From NCBI RefSeq assembly GCF_009914755.1, contig NC_060947.1: 64,000 bases of DNA; one strand, 5' to 3'. Source of the DNA: the human T2T-CHM13v2.0 reference genome, Homo sapiens. The notes beneath the pieces were generated by a model. That model worked only from the letters and a program-made list of their open reading frames with translations. It was not told the DNA's origin and made no database searches. The stretch's first letter is position 1; the number at the start of each line of letters is the position of its first letter. The translations under genes and the position numbers were made by a program. Below, one piece after another: positions 1 through 14,887 of the stretch.

Positions 1-3000
1 CCAACCTTACATCCTGGGGATGAAACCAACTTGATTGTGGTGGATAAGCTTTTTGATGTGCTGCTGAATTCAGTTTGCCAGTTTTTACTGAGGATTTTTG
101 TGTTGATGTTCAACAGGGATACTGAACTGGAGTTATTTGTTGTTGTTACATCTCTGTCAGGTTTTGATATCAGGATGAATCTAGCATCATAAAATGAGTT
201 AGGGAGGAGTCCCTCCTTTTCGATTTTTTGGAATATTTTCAGAAGGAATGGTACCAGCTCTTCTTTGTACCTCTGGTAGAATTCAGCTGTGAATCCATCT
301 GGTCCTGGGCTTTTTTGGTTGGTAGGCTATTACTGCCTCAATTTCATAACTCACAATTGGTCTATTCAGGGATTCAATTTCTTCCTGGTTGTCACAGGAG
401 GGTGCATGTTCCAGGAATTTATCCATTATTCTAGATATTCTAGTTTATGTGCATAGAGGTGTTTATTCTCTGGTGGTTGTTTTTATTTTTGTGGGATCAG
501 TGGTGATATCCCCCTTATAATTTCTGATTGTGTCTATTGTCTATTTGATTCTTCTCTCTTCTGTCTAGCTAGTTGTCTATTTTATTAATTTTGTTTTTTA
601 AAAATCAGCCCCTGGTTTTGTTGACTTTTTGAGGGTTTTTTGTGTCTCTATATCCTTCAGTTCAGCTCTGATTTTGGTTATTTCCTGTATTCTCATAGCT
701 TTGTGTTTGTTTGCCCTTGGTTCTCTAGTTCTTTCTGTTGTGATGTTAGGTTGTTAATTAGAGATCTTTCTAACTTTTTGATGTGGACATTTTGTGCTAT
801 AAATTTCCCTCAACACTGTTTTAGCTGAGTCTCAGAGATTCTGGTACATTGTCTCTTTGTTTTCATTAGTTTCAAAGAACTTCTTGATTTCTGCCTTAAT
901 TTCATTATTTATCCAGGAGTCATTCAGGAGTAGTTTCTTCAATTTCCGTGTAGTTGTGTGGTTTTGAGTAAATATCTTAATCTTGAGTTCTAATTTGATT
1001 GTGCTGTGGTCAGAGGACTGTTTGTTATGATTTCAGTTTTTCTTTTTTTTTGCATTTGCTGAGGAGTGTTTTATTTCCAATTGCGTGATCAATTTTAAAG
1101 TAAATGCCGCCTAGCAATGAGAAGAATGCATATTCTGTTGATTTTTGGTGGAGAGTTCCAAAGATACCTATCAGGTCCTCTTGATACAAAAATCTTCAAG
1201 TCCTGAAGGTTTTTGTTAATTGTCTGTCTTGATAATCTGTATAATATTGTCACAGGAGTTCTAAAGTCGCCCACTATTATTGTGTGGGAGTCTAAGTCTC
1301 TTTATAAGTCTCTCAATAACTTGCTTTATGAATCTGGATGCTCCTTTATTGGGTGCATATATATTTATGATAGTTAGTTCTCCTTATTGACTTGAGCCCT
1401 TTACCATCATGTAATGCCCTTCTTTGTCTTTTGATTTTTTAAAGTGTATTTTGTCAGAAACTAGGATTGCAACCCCTGCTTTTTTCTGTTTTCTATTTGC
1501 TTGGTAAATTTTCCTCCATCCTTTTATTCTGCGTCTCTGTGTGTCTTCGCAGGTGAGATGGGTCTCTTAAAGACTGCATACCATTGGGTCTTGACTGTTT
1601 ATCCAGCTTGGCATTCTGTGTCTTTTAATTGAGGAATTTAGCCTATTTACATTTAAGGTTAATATTGTTATGTGTGAATTTGGTCTTGTCATTATGATGC
1701 TAGTTGGTTATTTTGCATACTTGTTTATGTGGTTGTTTCATAATGTAACTGGTCTGTGTACTTCAGTGTGTTTTTGTAGTGGCTGGTACCAGTTTTTCCT
1801 TTTCATATTTAGTGCTTCCTTCGGGAGCTCTTGCAAGGCAGGCCTGGTCGTGAAGAATTCCCTAAGCATTTACTCATCTGAAAGAGACCTTATTTCTCCT
1901 TCGCTTGTGAAGTTTATTTTGCCCAGGTATGAAATTCTGGGTTGGAAATTCTTTTCTTTAAGAATGTTAAAATATTGGCCCCCAAGCTCTTTTGGCTTGT
2001 AGGGTTTCCACAGAGAGGTCAGCTGTTAGTCTAATGAGTTTCCTTTTGTAGGTGACCTGGCCTTTTCTCTCTGGCTACCCTTAACATTTTTTCTTTCATT
2101 TCAACCTTGGAGAATCTGATGATTATGTACCTTGTGGTTGATCTTCTGGTGGAGTATCTTACTGGGGTTCTCTGGATTTCTTGAATTTGAATGTTGGTCT
2201 TTCTTGCTAGGTTGGGGAAGTTCTCCTGGATAATATCCTGAAGTGTGTTTTCCAACTTGGTTCCATTCTCCCCATCTCTTTCCGGTACCCCAATCAGTTG
2301 GAGGCTTGGTCTTTTTACATAGTCCCATATTTCTCTGAAGTTTTGTTTGTTTTCATTCTTTTTTCTCTATTCTTGTTTGCCTGTCTTATTTCAGAAAGAT
2401 AGTCTTCAAGCTCTGAGATTTTTTCCTCTGCTTAATCTATTCTGCTACTGATACTTGTGATTACGTTGTGAAGTTCTTGTGTTTTTCAGCTCCATCAGGT
2501 CACTTATGCTCCTCTCTAAACTGGCTATTCTAGTTGTCAGCTCCTGTTACCAGCTATTGTGTTATCATGATTCATAGCTTCTTTGCATTGGGTTACAACA
2601 TGCTCCTGTAGCTCAACAAAGCCTGTTATTACCCACCTTCTGAAGCCCACTTCTGTCAATTCAGCCATCTCAGTCATTTGAAGGGGAAGAGGTCCTCTGC
2701 CTTTTTGAGTTTTCAGCATTTTTGCATTATTTCTCATCTTTGTGAGCTTACCTACCTTTGATCTTTGAGGTTGCTGACCTTTGAGTGAGGTTTTTGTGGT
2801 GTCTTTTTCGTTGGTGCTGTTGTTTTGTGTTGTTTTCTGTTTGTTGTTCTTTTAAAAGTCAAGCCACTTTTCCATAGAGCTGCTGTGGTTTGCTGGGGGA
2901 CTGCTCCACACCCTAGCTTTCATTGATTTTCCCTTACCTGGAAGTATCACTGGTGAAGGCTGTGAAATAGCAAAGATGACAATCTGCTCCTTACTCTGGG

Positions 3001-4408
3001 AGTTCTGTCCCAGGGGGATACTGACCTGTTGCTGACCTGTATGCTCCTGTAGGAGGTGTCTGGAGATCCCTGTTGGGAGGTCTCACCCAGTCAGGAGGGA
3101 TGGGATCAGGATCCCACTTTAAGAAACAGTCTGGCTGCTTTTTGGTAGAGCAGGTGTGCTGCATTGGGGGAACCCTTCCTTGTCCTGACTGCTTGGCCTC
3201 CCCAGAGACAGCAGGCTGGAAAGACTGAGTCGAACAACCTGCAGAGATGTTGGCTACCCCTTCCCCGGGGGCCCTACCTCAGGGAGAAATCAGAGTTCTG
3301 TCCCAATAACCTTGGCTGGAGTGGCTGAAATTCCCATAGGGAGGCCCCGCCCAGTGAACAGGGATAGATCAGGGTCCCAGTTATAGAAGCAGTATGGCTA
3401 TGATCTGGCACAGCAGCTGTGCTGGGTTGTGGGGGACTCTTCCTCCTCTGGACTGCCTGGACTTCCCAGAGCAGGCAGGCTAGAATGGCTGTTGACTGAA
3501 CTGCAGTAACTGGTGCCACTCCTCCCACCAGGGGCTCCATCCTAGGGAAACATCAAATTTCTCTCTATATAACCCTGGCTGAAGTGCTGAAGTCCTCCAG
3601 AAAGGATCTGTCCAGTGAGGAGAGATGGATTGGGGTCCCACTCAAAGAAGCAGTCTGGCCACAATCTGGCACAGCTGCTGTGCTGCTTCATCAGGGACTC
3701 CTCCTCGTCTGGACTGCCTGGACTCCTCGGAGCTGGCAGGTTAGAATGACTGACCCAACCAAACCAGAGAGTTGGTGGTCACCCCTCCCCCTGGAACTTG
3801 GTCCATCTCAGACCATTTCCAGCCTGTTGCTGCTGGTTGGCTGGAATTCCAAGCCAGTGGGTCTTAACTTGTGAGGTGCCATGGAAGTGGGGCCCACAGA
3901 ATGATGCTGCCTGGCTCCCTGGATTCAGGTCCCTTCCTAGGATAGAAGTATAGATGGGTCTTCTGCCTTGCTGGAATTCCTGGAGCCAGAGTATGCAAAA
4001 CTCTTGGGTCTTGGGTCTCTGTATGTGCCTCAGCAGCTGCCCCACTGAGACTCCTCACAGCTCTGTATATTGAACCAAAGGCCCTGGTGGCATGGGCTCA
4101 TGAGGGAATCTACTGATCCATGGGTTGCAAAGATCCATGGGAGAAGCACGGTTCTCTAGGTGGGGTCACACAATCGCTCACCACTTGCCTTGGCTGGGGG
4201 TTCCTTTGTCTCCGTGCCACTCTGAGGTGTGTCATCACCCCACCCTGCTATTCTTTCTCCTCCATGGGTCGAGTTGTCTGCCTAGTCAGTCCCAATACAC
4301 GAAACTGTATATTTCAGTTGAAGGTGCTGAATTAACACACCATTTTCACTGCTCTCCATGAAAGCTGTGGACTGCACCTACTTATAGTTGGCCATCTTGG
4401 CCCCTCTC
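1..4408 (-). mobile_element. LINE-1, older primate L1PA type: 5' UTR, degenerate ORF1 and 5' part of ORF2; continues beyond position 1
   Basis: The minus strand begins GAGGGGCCAAGATGGCC at about 4406. ORF1 fragments include MENTLQDIIQENFPNLAR (2031..2255); ORF2 endonuclease-region sequence lies to the left with many stops. Confidence 0.92.
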
Positions 4409-4958
4409 AATGTACTCAGGTTTCTTATTTTTAATGTCCATTTTAAATGGATAAAAGCCAGCAAAACTCTAAATACTTTGAACATACATGAATATAGGAG
4501 CATAGCAATTTTCCTATTCTCACAGTACTCAAATTTAATTCCAAATTAAAGTTTGGAAAATACTGATTAATAATTCATCACTTCTATTTTCAATGTAATC
4601 ATGTATCTGAGGTAAAACTTTTTTATTACTCATTCTGTAAGCATGTTTAATTGGTCAAATGTGTAACAATTCATATATCCTCAGTATAAATGAATAACTT
4701 CCATATATACTTCAGCAACACCTGCTCTGATCACAAATAATAATAAATAATTATCTTTCAGAAAAAACAAGGGTTGATTTCTGATTATTGCATTTGCTAA
4801 TGTACCTTCCTAGCTTGGCTTAGATAGTGTAGTCTTTCACTAGTATAATTTGGCATGAGGCATTTGAAAACTGTGGTACTACTATGAGTTCTAGATGAAC
4901 TTCAATATATTATTTTAACTGTAAAACTGCTCTGTAGTACAGATCATGTAAAGGATAA

Positions 4959-5315
4959 TGTATTAGTCCATTCTCACACTGCTATGAAGACAGACCCAAG
5001 ACTGGGAAATGTATAAAGAGGTTTAATTGACTCACAGTTTTGCATGGCTGGGACAGTCTCAGGAAACTTACAATTACGGTAGAAGGAGGAGCGCAAGCAA
5101 GGAAGTCAGGAAGGGGAATGGACGCGGGGGAACTACCAAACACTTATAAAACTATCAGATCTCATGATAACTCATTCACTATCACGCGAACAACATGGGG
5201 GAAATTGCCCCCATGATTCAGTTACCTCCATCTGTTGTCTCCCTTGACACATGGGGATTATGGGGATTACAATTCAAGATGAGATTTTGAGTTTGGACAC
5301 AGCCAAAACATATCA
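4959..5315 (-). mobile_element. MaLR solo LTR (THE1/MST family, THE1C/D-like)
   Basis: tgtattagtccattctcacactgct ... ggacacagccaaaacatatca with TG...CA ends; near-identical 5-bp flanks gataa/ggtaa. Confidence 0.9.
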
Positions 5316-5514
5316 GGTAATAAGGTTCTGTATACCTCATGTCCATTACTACAGAAACAAAGTGGGTCAACAATAATAGCTTTCCTTCGAGCCTTCAATT
5401 GTTAAAGGGTTACAGACCTCTCATTCCTCCATTTAATCTACATGAAACAAGGTAATAAATCCTTTTTTCCTCTAGGAAGTTTTCCCTAATGTGAGTGGAT
5501 TGAAAAGAGTACTA

Positions 5515-5640
5515 AACTGAAAATCAGTTCCAACTCTGCCACTCATTAATGTGTAAGTTAAATTCTATATGCCTTGGTTTATTTATCTGCAAAATGATGA
5601 GGTGACGGACTACTTGCCTTCTAGCTCTATAAATCTATAA
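5515..5640 (+). mobile_element. MIR SINE fragment
   Basis: Degenerate MIR core: ccaactctgccact ... ccttggtttatttatctgcaaaatg. Confidence 0.6.
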
Positions 5641-6029
5641 CCTGTAAACACATGAAAAAAGCATCTTCTATTAAAAGCGACTTCAAGCCAAAATGAAAAA
5701 TAAATATTTATGTAAAATCTCACTGCTTACTGCAAATTATAGTCACTCACAATAGGACAACATGTGTATAAAATGTATCAAAAACACTTGCTGTGTAAAT
5801 TAACAATGCAAGATATACCAGAAGAAATGATTAGCTTATGAAAAAGTATCCAATTGAGTACTCATTATGCTAGATGTGATAGAAAATGCAAAATAAGTAT
5901 GTTATTTAAGGCTTCCTAAGTGTGAAGAACAAAAATATACCCAAGTGAATATATGACCAGGCAGAATGTAGTACATGCTCTAATAAAGTACATGCCAAAT
6001 AGTAATGGGAAAACAGTAGAGGAAAAGTA

Positions 6030-6726
6030 GAAGAAACAACAGATGCTGGTGAGGCTGTGGAGAAACAGGAATGCTTTTACACTGTTGATGGGAACATAAA
6101 TTAGTTCGACCATTGTAGAAGACAGTGTGGTGATTCCTAAAGGATCTAGAACCATAAATACCATTTGACCCAGCAATCCCATTACAGGGTATATACCCAA
6201 AGGAATATAAATCATTCTATTATGAAGATACATGCACGTGTATGTTCACTGCAGCAGTATTCACAATAGCAAAGACATGGAATCAACCCATATGCCCATC
6301 AATGATAGACTAAAGAAAATGAGGTAAATATACACCATGGAATACTATGCAGCCATAAAAAAGATCATGTCTGTTGCAGGGACATGGATGGAGCTGGAAG
6401 CTATTATCCTCAGCAAACTAACGCAGGGACAGAAAACCAAACACTCCATGTTCTCACTCATAAGTGGGAGCTGAACAATGAGAACACATGGACACAGGGA
6501 AGGAAACCACACACAATCAGGACCTGGTCCTGTTGGGGGAGGGGCAGGAGGAGAGTGAGCATCAGGATAAATAGCTAATGCATGCAGGGCTTATTACCTA
6601 GGTGATGGGTTGATAGGTGCAGCAAACCACCATGGCACACGTTTACCTATGTAACAAATCTGCACATCCTGCACATGTTTCCCAGAACTTAAAATTATAA
6701 AAAAATTATACTTTTCAAAAAAAAAA
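6030..6726 (+). mobile_element. 5'-truncated L1PA 3' end with A-rich tail
   Basis: ORF2 C-terminus and 3' UTR (gacccagcaatcccattac, aagtgggagctgaacaatgagaacacatggacacagg), ending in A-runs at about 6700-6726. Confidence 0.9.
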
Positions 6727-7725
<999 letters not shown>

Positions 7726-8209
7726 ATCTTTTTAAAAGAGACAAATGAAGAGGCAATAAATAATCTATGTCTGATGGGCAGCAAATGTCACAGTTCTCAC
7801 AACTAAAGTGTACTAGTTTAAGAGGTTATGGGAAACTGAACAAGTTTACTTTCATGCCTAGTTTAAAACAAATGTAAGCAGTAGAACTGTTAAAAGGTAC
7901 ATGAGATAGTTTCTTAAAAGGTTCTCATAGCTCCTACAAAAGTTTCAAAGACAGAACTAAAGTCACCCGATCCATAAAAAGGGATTATCTAAGAGACCTT
8001 ATGAGATATGTCAACACTATCCCTAATATCTTATGCTATGAGAAGTTTTCCAGATTACCAGGCTAAAAGAGACGTAAGAATAAAACCAAGCTTTAATATG
8101 TATTATTACTTAAACACCAGATAGGCCTAAACATAAAATACATGGAACACAGAAAACTGAAAATTTGAGCACAATTGGCAATGTTAAGTCCCCATCTATT
8201 TCAGCAGAT

Positions 8210-9297
<1,088 letters not shown>

Positions 9298-9964
9298 TCA
9301 GCAGATATTTTTAAAAGGAACACAGGAGATTCATATGCATGGCTTTAAACATTAAAATTGATCCTTGGTAAAATGTATTTTCTGAAGCATAAACTGGATG
9401 ACTAGAAAATACATATTTAATGAATAATACTAGTAGTTCTAATCACATTACATGGGGAAATTTTGCAAATTACAAATAAACCAAATTGCACAGAAATGAA
9501 TTTTGGAGTTATAAGGAACCAAAGAAAGATTAGCGCTCAGTTTTCCTGGCTTCCATTCAAGTGTTCCTTCTACTATAGCACACAGCATACTCATACTAAG
9601 GTTAAGATCCAAGAACAATCCCTTGTCTGTTTTTCTAATGTTTAAAAGTTAGGGACAAATCCCCAGTTTATTTATCCTGACAATAATCAGGATGCTGGAG
9701 TTACTTTGCAATGTATTCTACAAACTGGCTAGTGTTCTTGAGATAATTAGCACATGTTAACTATAAGCAATTACTTTTGTCATAAAATGTGTTCTACTTC
9801 AAATTGTAGCTTAAAAGCTTCTGGGACCTAAAAGCCACATGGTGACAAGTGATAGTTTTCATTTAAAACTTAAAATTTAAAAATTATAAATGTAAGAAAT
9901 TAGTTTTCAAGCCTGGGTTGACTATTTTTTCCCCCAAATAAATAAGGCCAGTTATGCTGAAACT

Positions 9965-10240
9965 TCACTAATATGGCAGCCACTGGCCACATGTGGCTAT
10001 TAAGTATTAAAATGTGGGTAGTCCATATTCACACGGCTTTAAGTATAAAATATATAGTACATTTTGAAGACTCAGTAAGAAAAAGTAAAGAATATCTAAA
10101 TTTTTATATTGAATAGTATTTTGGATATATTAGATTAAACAACACATATTATTAAATTTAATTTCACTTAAAAAATTTAATGTGGCTACTAGAAATTTTT
10201 AAAGTGTATTTGCCTTGCATTATATTTCTACTGGACCACT
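9965..10240. mobile_element. hAT-Charlie MITE (MER33/MER3-like)
   Basis: aatatggcagccactggccacatgtggctatt ... aatgtggctactagaaatttt ... gcattatatttctactggac. Confidence 0.7.
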
Positions 10241-10693
10241 CTAAGCCATCAGGAATGAATATCCAGGTGCCACAGATACATAGTCCATTCATTCTCTAAG
10301 AATAAGTTAGCATTATAAAAATTGTCTACATAATCAAGTCAATTTCTGAGCTAAAAGAAAATGATATGGAAATACATGGTAAATCTAGAAATAAACTTTA
10401 GTTGGCTTTAAATATACCCTGTTTCCAAAATTTACATTTTTGGTTTTGGTTAATACAGGAACTAGTTAATATTCCCTGCACATATGTAAATTGATCAGAA
10501 AGGAAGGTGGCCCAGAAACATGGTAAAACCAAAAGTTATCCTTTGTACACTGTTCAATTCACTCATAGATGTGTTAATTCAAAACACTTACATATGACAC
10601 CATTAGATACTCTGCAAACACACACTAAGCTATAACTTAGGGATTTGAGCAATTTAACATGAATGCAACAAAACAAAACATTATAATTTATAC

Positions 10694-10811
10694 CTTTGCT
10701 CCGTCTGAAATATTGTCCCAGTTTCCACCACTCAAAGAGAATTTTCCATTGCCTATACGCAGCAGTATCTCTTCAGGAGTATCATTGGGGCCATTAGCAA
10801 ATGGAGTGTAG
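10694..10811 (-). CDS. RPS6KA6: RSK4 exon 20 (118 nt): (G)[39 protein letters not shown]
   Basis: Acceptor attaatag|C, donor AAG|gtataa; end of ORF 10688..10894. Confidence 0.96.
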
Positions 10812-12272
10812 CTATTAATAAAATAGATTTTAATAGACACTAGAGGGTAACATACCCAAACAATGAAAGAGATACATATATTTACTACATGCAAATATTT
10901 ACTTCAGTGAATAAGAATATCATCTCATATTTCCTTTCACTGTTAAAGTCAAATTTTATATTTCAAACCATAAATTTAACCTTAATAAAATGTTTAATAA
11001 AATGGAGAATCTTGTTTACATCAATTATTTCTTTTGTCTCTGATTAGCTAATCAATGTAAAATAAAATAAAGGTGGCTTTTCATGTAAAGCTTCAGTCTT
11101 AAAACTAGACAACACTAAAACACACATATTCAAGGCATAGGTTAGCAAACAAATATACCTAGTAAAAAGAAAATGTTAATTTCATATATTCATAATGTAT
11201 TTATTGTCTTGTTTCAATTTATTCATTAACATTTCATCATTATCATCAGTGGAAACGGTTATCATTACTTTTTATTAATATCTATGAAAACTTGGTTGGT
11301 TAAATATGTATATCGACACAAAACTCCATAGCCATTACATTTATTATGTAGATCAATCATGTAGATTAATTGTGCTTGACATGCAAACTTTAGCTACCCT
11401 TAACTTCAGTATTTACTGTTGTCTATAACTAAATATTTTGCATAAATTTGTAATACCTAAAAGTATGTGAAATGTACTGAGATGTGTAATTAACACCAAG
11501 CCATTAAACAATTTAGAGTCACCATTTTTATAACATATTTATAGAGCTCTTGGTATGTCAAGCATATTTAAACTATACTAAATGCACTCTTTAAAATATA
11601 TGTCTAAGTACATTATAATTACTTGCTAAACTTGGCCATTTTCTCTATCACAACCCTCTTGGAATAATTTCTACATCCATAAGTTTTCACTTCTAAATAA
11701 AAGTGCTACTCATTATTGAGAGTAAAATAGTACTTGTATTATTTGTAAAGTATCAACATTAACATAGTCCAATTGTTATTACATTTGTTTTGAGCTTTTC
11801 TTTATCCTTTCAAGGGAAGGTAGTTGTGTGTGTTTCTGCAGTTTAGTATTGTTACTACTTAGATTTGCACAATCTTACTAAATCTCTAGTGCCAGAATAG
11901 TTAGAATTCAAGTGCTTAAAAAAAAATCAACTCAATATCAACAAGTTCAGTGGGCAAGTTGTTGGTGAAACATGCAATTATTTTATGATTAAATAAATAT
12001 TTTCAAGATTAAAATAGAAATGCACTTTATTTTTAAAAGTTTTAGTTCTGGGTGACAACTGCCTTTTAAAATTATTATGTCATAAATTAGTAGTGCCTCA
12101 TTCTACACCTTGCTTTATGTTTTTTAATTTTATGTGTAACAATCAATATTAATATTTTGAAATGTAAATGTCATTTTCCTTAAAGTTATTTTAATCTATT
12201 CTCTTTCTAGATGAAGATATACAGATGAAATTCAAATAACAATGTTAATGCTTTTGAATATATGTTTCTTAC

Positions 12273-12349
12273 CCAGCCAACATTGTGTAAAAAAGGACTC
12301 CTAAACTCCAGATATCACAAGCAGCATCATATCCCTGTTGCATAAGAAC
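12273..12349 (-). CDS. RPS6KA6: RSK4 exon 19 (77 nt): VLMQQGYDAACDIWSLGVLFYTMLA(G)
   Basis: Acceptor ttcttag|GTT, donor CTGG|gtaaga; DIWSLG motif. Confidence 0.96.
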
Positions 12350-12609
12350 CTAAGAAAGAAATACTCATTATATGGTGTTACTCAATATAAACTCAATTTT
12401 CTCCCAAAGAAGTTGTTTTACTTCTAATAATCTCACAAAAGTTCATAATATAAAAACTTCAATCATTTTATGCACTTGTAGTAAAGACATAACCCCTGAC
12501 ACCTCAATGAGTTTTCTCTCCTCCTCTTAGGAAACCAGATATAGAGAAATCTAAACTTAAGATTAACATGTACAGAGATTTTAATGTATACTATATACAG
12601 TACTAAGGC

Positions 12610-12785
12610 TTTTAATTCTGTCACTGATTCTGTGAGGTAGACAATATTCCAATTTTGAAGATGAGGAAACTGAAGTGAATGTTAAGTAACTTACCCAACA
12701 TTACAAAACTAGTAAGTAGTAGAACACGAAGTCTTATTTAAGCCTGTGTTTTTAATATCTATGATAACTGCCTCTTTACTACACA
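12610..12785 (-). mobile_element. MIR SINE fragment
   Basis: ccaattttgaagatgaggaaactgaag ... ttaagtaacttacccaac is the MIR core in reverse. Confidence 0.75.
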
Positions 12786-14840
12786 AGATATGGCAAGATA
12801 ATATATAATCTCACAAAAGCAGAATGAATTTATATTTTACCATACAAGGTCAATGTCTTGAAAACAGCAGTATATTTCTGGACCACAAGTACACATTTGA
12901 AAAATACTGAATGGCTTCATTATTTTTCATACAATAATTTAGGAAGCTGTTTTTTGGGGCCAGTGTTAATAAAAATCAAATAATACATTTGCTATGTATT
13001 CATGTGAGATTTAGCTACGAAGTTAATAGAGTTCGTTAGAAAAATAAAGAGATGAAATGAGGCCATTTTCTTTCCATTTAGAAAAACAAGCCCATTGCTA
13101 AAGCCTCTAGGCATAGGAACAAAATAGAAACATTATTAATGCATTAACACTGGGGATTATATAACCACCAGCATGAATTTCTCATCTATAAAAGGCTAAA
13201 AATGTTAGTGTTTGGCTTTGACAACTGCCAAACATGAGTAAAGAGTATATAACAAACTTAAAATTTGAAATATGCTTTTTTCCTAGTCTTAGTGTATTCA
13301 TAAAAACACACATATGTGCAAAATTAAGAGGGTAAAGAGGATATAAAAGCATAATTGGCTTATTTAAATAATACAAGTAGGGAACTATAAAGTACTTAAC
13401 AAATAACAAGGTATAGCTAAACCACTCATATCATGGTAAATGTTAACTTGGCATACTCTAGTAAAACATAGACTTCTAGTGATTTTATTCCCTTATCTCT
13501 TCATTTTTCTCATCACATCTTACAGTTCCAATCATCACCATGTTTTCCCTGATTCCCTTAGGAAGCTTTTTAAAGTTTCCCAAGTGATCCAATGCATAGC
13601 TAAGGTTGAGGGCCACTGCACAGAAACTACTTGGACAGGTGAGAATTAATCAAGTCAGCTGTAGGTACCATATACTCCTATAACCTTCCTAGTTATGAGG
13701 ACAGACTTGCGCAGGAGGTGTCATATTGCTTAATTAGGGCCAAACATGAAAAACTTGTTTTAGGTAAAGAAGAAACAGTCCACTTTTTTTCTAGAGCTAG
13801 TCTCAATGCCCTAGTGAGCATATAATCATAAAAGAAACAAGGCAGAGCGGTAGGATGAATGAAAGAGTACAGAGGTTATGTTTCACACCTTTTTACTTGT
13901 ATCAAGTTAAATACAAAGATAGAAGTCACAATTAAAGTAGTCAGTGGCATAAGTCTCTCTCTCATTTGGCTTCCCAAGTCAGCAGAAAGTAACATACACA
14001 GAGCTCCTCATTCCTGTTGCTCAAATCAATTAACGTTTGGGGCAAACTATATGACAGCCCAGAGAAAGAGCAAAGGAGAGTTAACTTCAAAATTAGTTTA
14101 TAAAAAGCTACAGACACAGTATCCCTCAACTTTTTTGTAAGCCCCATTAATTCAGGAACTTCTTTAACCTCAGTAGGCTTATAATAACAGTTGAATAATA
14201 TAACGTAGTGGATTTGCCTTTATCGAAGAATAAAATATTTTAGAGATATATTCACTTTTTGCAACATAGGTATAGTAGAAAAGCACATCTACCTAATAAA
14301 CCCCAAGAGGTTGATCAAACTGATGCATAATCTAAAAACTAAAAGAATATTTTCTCCTTATTGTTAAGCTAAAATTGCAATAATCAGTGTAGCTCTTAGC
14401 AAAAACTTTATGCATTGTGAAATAATGAATGTATACCCCCATAAATGCCATTTTTTATTGAAATGTCTGTATCGATATTTGAATCTTTCCAATTCTAGTT
14501 TAAAAAAGAATGCATTTTTATATTTTACTAATACCTTTTGAAAGCGTCTGAAATTTCAGAAACAAACCTCACTAAAAATACTCTCTGTGGTTCATTAATA
14601 ACAATTTACAAATATATTATTGATTCCTAGCATGGGCTTCATCACTCAAAAATAAAACTTTCAAAGTATTTTGAAAATACAAATACTAGTCAAAGGTAGT
14701 TCAAGCACTAGTTAGAGAGAAGTGGTCTCCAGATGCCCACCTGAAAACCTTCACTATTACAATGGTAAAAGTGTCTTACTACAGTGTACGTCTGTTGGGA
14801 AAAAAACATCAATGGGCTGTATTCTACTCTCTGGGTTTGA

Positions 14841-14887
14841 TTACCTAACCATTAATCTAAAACTGTTTACCTAACCATTAATCTAAA
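14841..14887. repeat. Local direct duplication, 21 bp x2, period 26
   Basis: ttacctaaccattaatctaaa at 14841-14861 and 14867-14887. Confidence 0.9.

Noticed and set aside
13560-13620. Possible MER5-type MITE end (also an L2-like tail at about 21700-21800)
   Set aside because: Too short and degenerate to support by eye.
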